Assembly: GCA_008632985.1 (NCBI GenBank)
Contig: QPGO01000023.1
Coordinates: forward strand, 279,266-343,265
Direction of reading: 5' to 3'
Origin: Psammoneis japonica
Taxonomy: Eukaryota
Length of the DNA stretch: 64,000 bases
The first letter of the stretch is position 1. Each line of letters starts with the position of its first letter. The notes below the pieces were generated by a model, which was given only the letters and a program-made list of their open reading frames with translations, did not search any database and was not told the DNA's origin. A program made the position numbers and the translations under genes. Below, in pieces: positions 1 to 11,619 of this stretch.

Positions 1-3000
1 CTTCAATGGCATCTTGTCATTGACCTTTGGCCACTCCAGCATGTCTCATCCAACAACCATGTGTCAGGTTTGCATGATGATCAAATGTGTGTGTGGTTGA
101 CTTCACGCACAAGCTCTGCTGTTGCAGACAACTCTGGCAACTGAAAATTGGTGATGCAAGCACAGTGTGCCATCTTGAAGCTGCCTGCCAATGTGGTTTT
201 GGCTGTCATGTGGCTCAAAAGCCATTTGCTTGCAGCACTTGGCATCTGGCATCACATGCTTTTGATGCTGCCATCTGGCACTGCTTCAATCATTTCAGGC
301 TTGCCTTCACCATGCTTGGCATCCATGGCTAAAAACAACATTGCTGCCAGTCAAATGTCTGTGCTTGACATGTGTGCAGGGTTGGCCTGTGCAACATGAG
401 TGTGATGGCACAACAAGTGATGCACTGAACCTGTCTGACTTGCACTGGCCTGCTTGTTCTCAGGTGCTGTTGTCCTCCAAATCCTCATTGGAGTCACCCA
501 GGGAGAGGGCACAAAAGTGATTTGGCTCCTCTTTGCAAGCCTTGCACACCACCCTGCAGTTCTCAATTACATCTTCCACTCTTGCCTTGGCAGGAGCTTT
601 GTCAAGCTCCTCATGAGTGGTGCGCAGTTTCTGTGTGGCTGGTTTCCAATTGCTGTTCATGTGGGACATCTTGAGACATTTCACCCCATGCCTCAAAATG
701 AGACATTCTTCCACATTGTGCACCTGACACTGTCACCACCATGCAACACTCAGCATTTGATGCCTTTCTCTCCTGACTGTTGACCCCAGCAATTTTAAGG
801 AATGTCGTCCATTTTTCCATGGCCCTGGTGCTTCATGGGGACATTGTGGCATGACCTTCCTGCTTGCCTTTGGCAGAAACAAGTTTTGCAATGGCATGAG
901 TCCATGGGTCAAAATCCTGTGGGATTGTCTGCTTTTGCCATGTGTTTGGAGTGCTTCATTCAAATGAGTCAACCAACTTATCTTCTGGCAATGATGCAGG
1001 TGCAAAACCATTTTCAATCACAGACAGAAACAGCAAGATGTGGCCATTCAGCTCACTGGCCTTTGTGGCACAGAGTCGCCTGTCTTCACACCATTTGGCT
1101 TGAGTGCAAAACATCACAGAGACAACATGCTTTTGCAGCAGCACTGCCTTGTGCAGGAAGATGCTTTCTGTCACCTTTGAGATGCACACCTTGAACAAAA
1201 ACACATTGGCCTCCCCCTGATGCCCCTTTGACACACCATCATCAAATGCAGCAAAGACATTGCCTTGCTTTGAGCAGCTGCTGCACAAGCAAAAATTCTC
1301 CAGTCTGGTGGCAAAATTTTGCCCTGTCACAACATGGCCTGCATTGTGCAGAAACACAACGGGTGGGTTCTTCACAAACACAATGCACAAAAAAGCACTG
1401 AAAACCACTCACAGAAAACCACTCAGCTTGTGTGTTGGACTGTCAGCATCAGCTGGTAAGTTCCTGAGCTCACACATCTTGTGCTCTCCTTTTGGCAGCA
1501 TCTTTTTCTCTGGATGTTTGAGCAGAGATGGCAGCTCAACCTGCTTTTTCATGGTTGGCTAACTTGCTGATGTTGGTTTCAATGAGACTTTGTGACCTTG
1601 CACATTGTTTGCAGCAGCAATGTTGCTGTGCATTGTGCACTTCTGTCAGGTGATAAAAACAACAGGTTGTTGAAAGTTGCAATGTGTTGTGGAGTTCATG
1701 AGACCAGGTTGTCTCTGGAAAAAGAATTGTGGTGTGAATGGGGAGTTGTGCAAATGCCCTGTTGAATTTCTCTTTGGAGATCACATGTGGTCAGCTGTGC
1801 CAGAGTTTCTCCAACTCCATTTGCACATGATCATGAATGTGTGCACCACATGCTGCTCTTGTGCAACATCATGCCAGCCATGCTGATGGCCTGTCAATGC
1901 ACACATGCCACATGCACAGATGCTTGCTTCTAAAATGCCCAAGTCACCAAGCCAAAGGGCCTCTGTGCTTTCATGCCAACCCTGTTGCAGCACTCTTGAC
2001 AGTGATGGCAGCTTGCTTTCTTCATGTCCCAGATGTCTTCTTTCAAGCTGCAATGCCTTGACAGATGGGTCTGGTTTCAGATCATTGTGTGCTGGATGGA
2101 CCCCCATCTCAGTGCTTCTCACCCCAACCAGCCAAAAGAAGCCACATCACATTTTCCAGTTTGGCAACCCTGCCACCTCACCTGTGTGCAGTTTGGTGTG
2201 CATTGAGTCAGGAACCTGTGGCAAGGCTCGCCAAAATCAAGCATCTCCCAGTGTTTGTCCGTCTGATTTTTTACAGTGACTGTGAACCCCATTTCTGGAA
2301 AAGCCACTCAAGAGGTGAAAGCCAGCACCGCAGGTGGGAGAAATCCAGCTCCACAAGGAGCTGGGGTGGTTTTTGGTCCTCTTGTTTGCACTGGAGAAAT
2401 TGGCGCTGCAACCTTTCTGTTTGCAACAGATCTTTCTTCTTCCAATGATCAGAGCATCTTGTTGTCAAAATGGCAGTGCTGAGCTCCGCATTTGCCACCC
2501 ACCATGACAACAAGTGACAGCACACCAGCATCATTGCAATGGCCCTGCTTGCACCACTGTTTTGGACCACATGAGAAAGTCAACAAAGTCCACATCATGA
2601 GCACCTCTGATTTTCAAGGGAGACATTGAAAGCCTCTTCCATTGAGCACATGCCCAAGATGCTGGTGTTGGTCTTGCTGGCAACATGCCTCAGAGTTCTG
2701 GCAACAAAGCATTTGCAGATTGTGACATCTTCCTTGGCCCACAATTTGCAGACCTGGACAGGCTCTTGTCTCCATTGCTGCCCACAGTTTGCCGCTGTTA
2801 AAGCTGTTGATTGTGGGCTGTTCAAAGCAGCAAAATTGCTTTGGTCAGCAATGGAGAGTGTTTTTGCAAAGCAGTCTCAGGGTGGGTCCTTTGTGCCATT
2901 GTTGACAGCACATGATGCAACCCAAAAGCACTCACTCTGCAAAAGCTGCACAAACTCAGGCTCATTCCACTGAGTGTGCATGTGTTGACATGACTGTGTG

Positions 3001-5089
3001 TCAACTGTGGGCAACCAGTGCCACAAGCGTTGCACACTCAACTTGCTCCTGAAGTCAAGTCTGGTGAGCAAAAAGCCTCCACTTGTGGAAGAAGACATTT
3101 GTGCACAGCATGTGTGAATGGAGAGCACATTTCACATGATGAGTCTTTTCATGGCTGACAATGCATGTGCCAGCTCAGGAGCAGCTCTCACAGCTGCCAA
3201 TGACAGCAAACTTTGCAACTGCTCAATGCCCCTGCTTTCCCCAGGTGTGCTTTTGTGGCACATGAAAAATGAGCAGCAGGTGAGCTGGGTTGTGAGCAGG
3301 AGATGAAGTGCTTTGGGTTGCTCAGCTGTCTCCAAGCCAAGTGAGTCAAAGAGCAAAACAGCCAAGAACCTTGAGAGGTGTTGGAGCTTGTGGCGCTCAC
3401 TTGTTTGCTCATTTTTTCATCACTTCATGGTGTCTGTTTGTTTGTTGGCACCACATCTCTCCACCCACAGCAGAGGTGGCAGCACTCTCCATGCTTCCTT
3501 TTTTGCACACTCTGGGTCTGGCAGGCTGCCTGTTGTTTGTTTTGTGGTTGGGGCAGTGGCTGCTGCTGTGCTGGTGGCAGGAGTTGCTGACTCACTTGCT
3601 GTGTTGCTGTTGTGCAGCTTGTGGAGGGTTTGCTGGGGGGCTGCCTTGCCGCTGCCACTCCACCGGTTGCTTCTCCTTGATCAGCCATGACACATCACAG
3701 CATGATGCTGATGCAGGCCCAGTCATCATCCTTTTGAATTTTGAATGATGAGCAAAACGCCATGACTGCACAATGAAAAATCATGTCTGGGATGTCCATG
3801 ACCAAGGCAGAAGAGAAGGCACATGGCAAGTTGGTGGCCAGCAAAGCTCTTGTGACTCCAGAAGAGGTTGTTCTCCTCTTGCAGCATGCCAAAACTTGCT
3901 TCCAGCAGCTTGGCACCTGAATGTTGTTGTGGGGACACTGAAAGTGACAGGGATGATGATGCTTTTTTGATGCACTCAGAAAAATGGTGGCTGCATGGAC
4001 AGACAAATGGTCAATGGGAAAGGCATGGCTGACCAAGAAAACAATCCCTGCAGAAAGCTGTGTCCCATGAGGTGCCAAATGGTGATGAGGAAATTTAAGC
4101 TAAAGGCACTTGTTAAAAGTTGTGTGCCTGAACAGAGATGCCAGATTGTTCAGCTCTAGAAGATGTGTGTGCTCTTCACAGGCTAGCGTTGGGACTGGAA
4201 CTTGGCTGTCTGAAGGGCAAAGAGCAGTTTCTGCATGCCAGGATGTGGCTTTTGGGAAAGGTTTGACGCCACCTGAAGAAGACGCTTGCCATCAGAAGCT
4301 GGTCTGCAGCATTGAACTCAACCCCAAAGAGCAAGACCTTGCCAATGCTGTGCATCTTTAAGAAGTTAATGCAGACAACACGTTGACTCCCACAGAAGAA
4401 ATGGCATGTGGCAATCTTGTCTCCAGTCAGGTGTTCAACAACAAGGTGATCTCAGGCTGAGACATGCAAGATGACAGAGCTTTCTCTGCCTGCCTTTTAA
4501 CAGTGAAGAGTTCACCCATCAGAGCAGGGGGACAGCCAGCAATGATTGGTGTTGTTTTGCCACTTTGAGGATCCACATCAGCAACCCTTGCTTGCACCAA
4601 ATCTCAGCTTGTGAAGCAGGTGCGAACTGGTCCGTCTGCAAATCCAATCTGTCATCTCTGTCAGCCATGGTTTTGCACTCAAAATGTAAGATGCTTGAAC
4701 CCACCTGCGTTTCTTGATTGTTTGAATTGCTTGCTGGTGTCCCTTTGTAAGAGAAGTTGGAGAAAGCAATGAGCTCACCCTGTCGTTGCTGGCATTGCAT
4801 GTTGTGTCATCCATGAAATTTGCAGTTTGACTGTGTTCCCCCCATGCAGGTTCTTGGTGAAATGCTCCATCTTGTTCTGCTGAAATTAGCATGTGAATGA
4901 TTCCAGATTGCCAGGGTGATGATGCCGGCAACACCCCACATGATGTGATTGTCCTTGCTGTTTTGTGTGTGCTCAGGGAAAGCAAAGCTTTGAACTGTGC
5001 ACCAGATGCCTTCTGTTGGCACTCAAAAACAAGGCATTTGATGCTCCAGCATCTCCTGACTGCTGATCTCACAAACCATTCCAAAGTTT

Positions 5090-5448
5090 GAAAGTGTCCA
5101 TTGTTGAGTGTCCACAAATTTGACCAAGGTGGGAACTTGTCACTGCACATGGCAGCTGCACAGGGGGGCCTGGCAATGATGAAGCTTCTTGGAAAATGTT
5201 TTTCAAGCAGCGCATCTGTCCAAAACAATGACGGCATTATTTCACCTCTGCATTTGGCCACAATCATGTTGTGTTTGCTGCCAGCATCCAAGCCAATTCT
5301 GAAGCTGTTCCCCTTGTTGATTGCTGTGACTGATGACAAAGGATGTCTCCCACTCCAAATCGCTGCAAGCTCCTTGCAGGGAGATGTCAGTGTTGATGTG
5401 ACATTCATGCTTCTCAATGAAGCAAATTGTCAGGCCAACATGGCATGA
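5090..5448 (+). pseudogene. Ankyrin-repeat protein remnant, hypermutated
   Basis: Three ankyrin-type motifs in ORF 5101..5448: GNLSLHMAA, NNDGIISPLHLA, DDKGCLPLQIAA. An in-frame stop lies just upstream. Confidence 0.65.
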
Positions 5449-7159
5449 GGGGTTTGGTTTTTGGACTGCAAATTAGAACCAACTGAGGATGAATCGGCAG
5501 TCACAGACATGATGTCTGGTTTTGGATTTGGAAACCATTTGTTGCACAATGGCACACAACATGTGGGTCCACAATCCTCTTGCATCTGCTGTTTGATCCT
5601 TGGCAGGGCAAGAAATTGCCAAAGCAATCATTGATGGAAGTGGAGGGCAACAAGCGGCTCTCACTTTTGATGCAAATGTGTGCAATGCATTGCAGCTTCT
5701 CTTGAGCAGCGAATTTGCAAACCCCGCATCAATTTTGTCAATTCTAAAGCAGCATCAAAGTCTGCAACCATGTGCAACAAGGAAGGGTTGTTGCCAATTG
5801 AGGTGTCTTTGGGTTGATTCATTGGTCTTGTAGAGGCTGCTCATGATGAGCACTCATTTTTGTCTGCTTCACCAACAAGATGGCATGCATGCAGGGGATG
5901 CCACCTGATGTCAATCTTGCTCCAGTGTTTGGTTGATTTACGTGCAGAGCTGGACAGTGAGGAGAGTGCCAAGGTCCGTGAAGTTCACGGTGACAGCGTG
6001 GTTCCCAATGTGTGAAAGCAACGTTCACCTCGTGGACATTGCAAAGGAAGTGATTTTGGTGTGCACAACCAAATTCGTGAGCTTTGTTTCTCATGAAAGG
6101 AGGAGCAAATGGCAGAGGTGGATCTGCAATTTCTTGTGCAACTCCAAGATGCAAATGCCCATTGCAGAAAGCATTTTGCTTTGTCAGTCACTTTGAGTTT
6201 CTGGGGAGCTCTGCTCTTTGTGCTGATCCATCACTTTGTCTGAAAGTGTTTGAGGCACTTGCGTGTGGCACAAAAGAAATGGCAACCGACATTGGGAGAC
6301 AAGTGTTCTCACACAGCTGTGGCAATGAAGAGTCTTTCACAAATGAGGGCAAGTTGCAAATGATGTGTGTGTTGTCACTTTTTGGCACCAGCCCTCACAT
6401 GATCTCTGCAACAGATGACATTGCTTCTCGCACACAAGTTTGACAAAGTCTTTGCCAAGGAAACAGTCCCTTCTGTTGTGCAAGAGAAGAACAAGTTCCA
6501 GAAAGGATTTCCATGTCAGTTCTGTGTGGCTTTGAAAGACCGGCCCTTGCACTGGACCAAATGATCAAGTCCATGTCAAGTGCAAGGGTTGTCAACTGCC
6601 AGATTCTGAAATGTGTGGATGCTGCTTGAACAGGTGGCCTGCATGCTCACTCGGTTGCGAAAGCTGTTTGGCATTTAGACTCTGTCAGTGCACATCGTGG
6701 TGACTTGTTTGAAGACAAATGGAAAACTTCTTGGCATCATGGGTGGTCACTTAGTTGGCAATCTCATTTCTCCATTGTCACAGCCCTTTCTCAAAATTTT
6801 TCTCTCAGCTCCACAAAAAAATGCTGAAGATGCAACATCTAAAATCAATGGAGCAGTGCAAAAACAGCTGTGATGGCAGAACTCAGTTGTGATGCCGGTG
6901 TTGGAAACAGCTCTGGTTTGGCATTGAGCAACAACAACATCCATTGCAAGAGTGCAGCACCTGTCAACAACAAGCCTTGGGGCATCCCACAATGAAGACC
7001 CCAGCGTGGACCCCATTTGAAAATAAGAGGACAGCGGACAGCGGACAGCAGACAGCAGTGCAGCGCCAAAGCAGAAACAATGACAACACAGAATGCAGCA
7101 GCATTGAAATTGCTGTGACCATCATTGTGGTCCATTGACGTGTGTTGTCACGCTGCTGT

Positions 7160-7730
7160 CCACCTTGTCTGCCAGGACAACAAGGTGCTGTGTGGACCCA
7201 TGACAAGGCTTGCACCACCCAACCATGGTTCTTGGCATGCCCCCAGGGACTCAACTGAGTTCACCATCACTGCTGCAAGGCAACTGTGGACTTGCACCAT
7301 CACACTGTTCTCTGCCTTGTTTCTGCAGCAGGGCCAGTGGGCAAAATCCTGGTTTGCCAGGACACAACAAGGGGCTGCATCTGCCCAAGACAAGGCTTGC
7401 ACTGCCCAACCACAATTCTTGGCATGTCCCCAGAGACCCAACAGAGTGATGCATTGACAATGCAAGGCAACTGTGGACTTGCACTGTTGCGCCATTGTCT
7501 GCTGCCTTGTTTCTGCAGCAGGACTCTGATGATGGCGGGGGGCACAATCCTTGTCTGCCAGGACAACAAGGTGATGCATCTGCCCAAGACAAAGCTTGCA
7601 CCAACCAACCATGGTTCTTGGCATGTTCCCCAGGAAACCAACAGGAGAGTCCTCAATCACCATTGCAAGGCAGCTGCTGTGGACTTTCACTGCCACGCCA
7701 TTGTCTGCCTTGTTTCTGCAGCCAGCAGGA
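7160..7730. repeat. Three diverged tandem copies of a ~190-bp unit
   Basis: Recurring blocks tgccaggaca(ca)acaagg, ttcttggcatg, ctgtggactt and ctgccttgtttctgcagc starting at about 7165, 7350 and 7550. Confidence 0.85.
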
Positions 7731-9261
7731 CTGATGGGGCAAATTTCTGTGCTGCTGGGACAACAATGCTTCTCAGAGATTTCCTCATCTCTGTGATGAG
7801 CACTCCTGTTTTTTGTGTTTTGTCTTTTCCCACCACCAAGTGCAGAGAACATGTTGTGAAAGGTGCACCTGAGAGAGTGGCAGCCAATGTCAGCTGTGTC
7901 ACCTCTGTCGCAGTTTTCTTCTGGCCTTTCCACAAACCTGTGATGGTGGCAGGAACAGGAGACCTCAATGCTTTCAAGCCCTGTCATCACTCAAAGGGTT
8001 GGGAACAAGAGCTTGAGTCTCTTGGCAAGGATGTGGAAAACATCCAGCAGACTGTTGTGAGTGTGTGGTGTTTCACACAAACAAGCTCGAGCTGCCACAA
8101 CAACTGGGGTGCTGGCCAGTTTTTTTACATTGTCATGAGTGTGTTCATCGCACATGTGCTCTTTCATGGAGAAGCCCAGTTTTAGACCCTCATTGACAAG
8201 GGCAGAACACCACTTCCTGTGCTTGGAGAAGAAAGGGAACCAGCCGCTGATCTCATTGCCTTTGGCTGCTGTTTGATTGACGTTCTCTCTCAAGATGTGG
8301 TGCTGCGGCAAAGCAAGGTTCAGTGTTGGTGTGCGGCTGACAGAACTTTGTAAAAATCATCATTGCTGGCCTTGACTTGGACACTGGCACAGTTGGAGGG
8401 CCTTTTTGGTGGCCACTCTTTGTCGGATGTGCAGCTGCAAAATGATGGCCCCGCCTCTTGTTTTGCGGCGGGTGCAGTCAGCCGAATGTTGTTGCACTGG
8501 ATTGGATTGGGCAGCACCAGTGTTCAAGGCACCTGGACATGAGCAGCACCAGCTGCCACTCTTGTAGCAACTCCATGAGTAGCCGAAAGAGTGGTTCAGA
8601 GAAGAGCTGTCACCGGCAACTCGTTTCTAGAGTAGAGTTGGTGAATCGAAAGAGTTCCATCCTTCCACTAGAGCACTAGGCCCTACTCAGCATCGCATAT
8701 GTTCTCTGTTTCTCCCGAATCGCGCGAACGCGCATATTTTTTGCCCACACACAACACACAACATCAACAGCCACAATGACATCAGAAGCCGCACTGCTCC
8801 AGCGTCGCAACCACAGCGTCTCATCTTGCAGTTCCTTTTGAAACATAAACTTCAATATACCCTTGATACACTCTTGGCGTTTTGTTTTTTGGAATTGATC
8901 AGGTGAAGAGGTGTGCCAATGCAAATTCGGATGTGAGTTTGGTGCTGCATGCAGCGATTTGTGCGCGTTGTTTCGGTATTTTTCGAGTTGGGGGAGTTGT
9001 GTTATTGCATTTCTCACACGTTTTGCCGATGTTGTATGAATATTCAGGATTTATTCTGTTTGTTTAACATATAAGGGATACTTCAGTCATTTGTTGGTGC
9101 TCCTGGAGATGTTCATACCGTGATGTAAGGGGGGTGCGCTATCACTGCGGCGTCAAGACGCTGCGCGAATCCTATGTTTCGAAGCTTTCTCCGTACTTGA
9201 GAGTCCCTTGTACTTCTATTTATGACACCCACTAAAGTCGAGAATACGACTTAATGCTGTT

Positions 9262-9590
9262 GTGCTCTGTGTTCTGGGAATTGTTGGAATCGGCACAAGT
9301 GCTGCGCTTTTTGTCTTGGGCACTCACGTTGTTTCTTACCGGAACGGAAATGCTGTGAAAGAGTATCGCATGACCTGGAGAGATCGAAGCGATAGATTGG
9401 ACAACGAACTGGAGGAAGTTTGTTCGAGGGAACTGCAACGTGTACAAAAAAAGATTCTTGACTGTGTGTCGCCGTATACTCGTTATGTTGAAACCGAACA
9501 AGAACGTGTACAAGGCTTGATTGAAGAATGCAATGATGTCATGGCGCGTTCTCGTGGTTTGAGGAGACGAATACAGAACTCTATGAATGA
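9262..9590 (+). pseudogene. C-terminal fragment of an FZL/bacterial dynamin-like GTPase
   Basis: RELQRVQKKILDCVSPYTRYVETEQERV resembles the APYTRFV-type C-terminal motif of this family. No GTPase domain upstream. A second copy is at about 27780-28030. Confidence 0.55.
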
Positions 9591-9729
9591 AATGGTCGAA
9601 AGGTTCATAGTAGCAAGTAGCTTATTTGTTGGACCTCATTCTCCAACTATGCAACGGCGACTCGGGATATCGCAGCGCGAGGTTGGAAGTGTAAAAGAAG
9701 AATGTTTTTCTTCAAAAACTAGATCAGAA

Positions 9730-9920
9730 TAACCGGGCAGCTAATCTGGGAGCCCAGGTGGTGTACACCTTGGCGGTGCATTTAATGGCACGCTTATCGA
9801 CCTCGCAACATGGAAGATCACGTCGACGTACAGTCGGCGCAGAAACAACGGTGTCTGCGAGCCGCGGGGTGCTGTACTTATGATTATGTTGGAAGAGAAT
9901 CATCACTGCATCCGGCATTG
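9730..9920 (-). pseudogene. Degenerate copy of the RING-finger C-terminus of the 28196-29483 gene
   Basis: RRRDLPCCEVDKRAIKCTAKVY here versus RRRDLPCCPVDKCTIECTTKVY at about 28200-28290. Confidence 0.75.
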
Positions 9921-10894
9921 TGTAGAGTCTCAACTTTTAGCCTTGACAAAGCCCTCAATGTCATTCATCGTGTTCCATCATCTACTTGAATGACAATGCA
10001 AGAGGAGATCAGACGTTGGCTAAAGGTCGATCGGTGGCAGAATCGACGTCATCAATGGAAGGGTGTCACTTGTGCCCCGGCCTTGCTACTTTAATGGTCA
10101 TGCAAGAGGAAATTCAGTGATGGCTAGAGGTTGATCGGTGGCAGAATCCAGGTCTGGGAACTACACATCTCGAGTTGCCAAAAAGAAATATACTATCACA
10201 TGTTCATGCTTAGTGGATTCCGAGGATTTGTTGGAGACTTCAAGTGAGAATGTCGCTCATCTGATTGGTCTTTCAAGTGTAGGAATATGGTAGTGCTGAG
10301 TGGTAGCGACAAAAAGCAGAAATGGGGAGAACCTTTTTTATCCACTTTCACAAGATACGCACGATGCAAACAATATACATCAGTGGCGCGTGTCACATTA
10401 CCCATGGCACATGGCGCTGCCAGAGGGCCAGAGGCGATTCAGATCAGTCATCAAGGGCAGCTTTCCGCTAAGCCTTCTCTTTCACGCTCCCTTTGGACAA
10501 ACGGTCGGTATCTATACTTCCTTTTGCTTCAAACTGCCCATATCTCTGCGAAGAGAAGTCGCTCCGACTAGCTTCTCCCGCGTCCTCCAAACCTGCTCGC
10601 ATTCAACAAGGTCCGCCGAGAACAGTCCACTGCATCCACACCGAAGGAATCAGTCATTTGGTACCATACGTTGACAAAAGAATGAGAAATAAGAGAGTCC
10701 TATCTGCTCCTGCCGTGGCGCTTGGGCTTCTTGTAACTCACTCCAGCGCCTTTATCGCTCACTACCAAATCGTCACTCTCGTCTCACTTTGTCGAGCTAC
10801 TTGGAAAACCTTTCAACGCCGACAAGTCCCATTACCTCCTCAACGATAATATCATCCAATGATCCCAGCTACACGGACTTTCAGTACGTTCCCG

Positions 10895-11318
10895 TTTCAT
10901 GTCTCACTCAGGCCGACTCGATTGCCAACACTTTCCTGCTGCAAGCGAAATTGTTTCAATCCAGTCACAGTGTAAGTGCTGGACGCTTTTGGTTCATCGC
11001 TCGTATCAAAGAGAATGGATGGATGCAATCCAGTTGGACTGCCTGATTTCGCCAAGGCCAAGACATTTTCGTGCATTGTCAACAAGTATCCGTCTCGAGC
11101 CTTTCGAGATTTGTCTGCAGCTAACGAGGCGTCTGCAAAGTTTTGTCAAAGTTTCAGTATCTGGAGGTAACATGGCCCCATTTCCCGGTGATATTCTTTT
11201 AAAGTTGGGTGATCAATTCGTTGGAGCTGTAGGAGTGAGTGGTGAGGCGGGAGATGAAGACGAGTATTGTGCGTTGTTCGGGTATGTTGGAAACGTCGGC
11301 CGCCATTATAATGTATGA
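10895..11318 (+). pseudogene. GlcG/HbpS (DUF336) haem-binding protein, frameshifted
   Basis: Motifs are split over three frames: LTQADSIAN, SKRMDGCNPVGLPDFAKAK..SRAFRD, and FPGDILLKLGDQFVGAVGVSGEAGDEDEYCA. Confidence 0.75.
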
Positions 11319-11619
11319 ATGGAAGAACCGCTCTCCCAAACTCTTAGATCGGTTGCTGAAAGCCATTATGCGGGTGCTGTCTCGACCGTGTCACGCATCT
11401 TGGCTTCTCCATTGGACTTTGAATCGCAAGACAAGGCGGTGGGAGCCATGAAGGCACGAGACGCGTGTTGTCGGAATCTCTGTGCCTTGTTTGGGATTGC
11501 GCATACCGACGAGACGGAAATTTGTTTGACGAGACTCTACCAAATGGTGGATACCGACTCGTATACCTACAAGAAAAAGGGAAAGCAGGCCCGCAATGCT
11601 CCACGAGACGTCACAACGA

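Larger units (their letters stand above)
1..8600. other. Hypermutated domain I (TpA- and CpG-depleted, TpG/CpA-rich degenerate sequence)
   Basis: Hand count for 1-300: 0 TA and 1 CG, versus about 13 TA and 16 CG in 9181-9480. ORFs in the track are nearly Tyr-free and Cys/His/Met-rich. Composition returns to normal abruptly near 8620. Confidence 0.9.

Noticed and set aside
87..8517. Dense overlapping Cys/His/Met-rich ORFs (e.g. 4578..5417, 7148..7990, 7286..8185) as novel metal-binding proteins
   Set aside because: They are artefacts of TpA loss: fewer TAA/TAG stops and Tyr/Arg converted to Cys/His in all six frames. The same applies to most ORFs in domains II-IV.
1..8600. Ordinary CpG-methylation decay or fungal-type RIP as the full explanation
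   Set aside because: Neither removes TpA, RIP increases it, and the LINE shows TpA loss with CpG intact.
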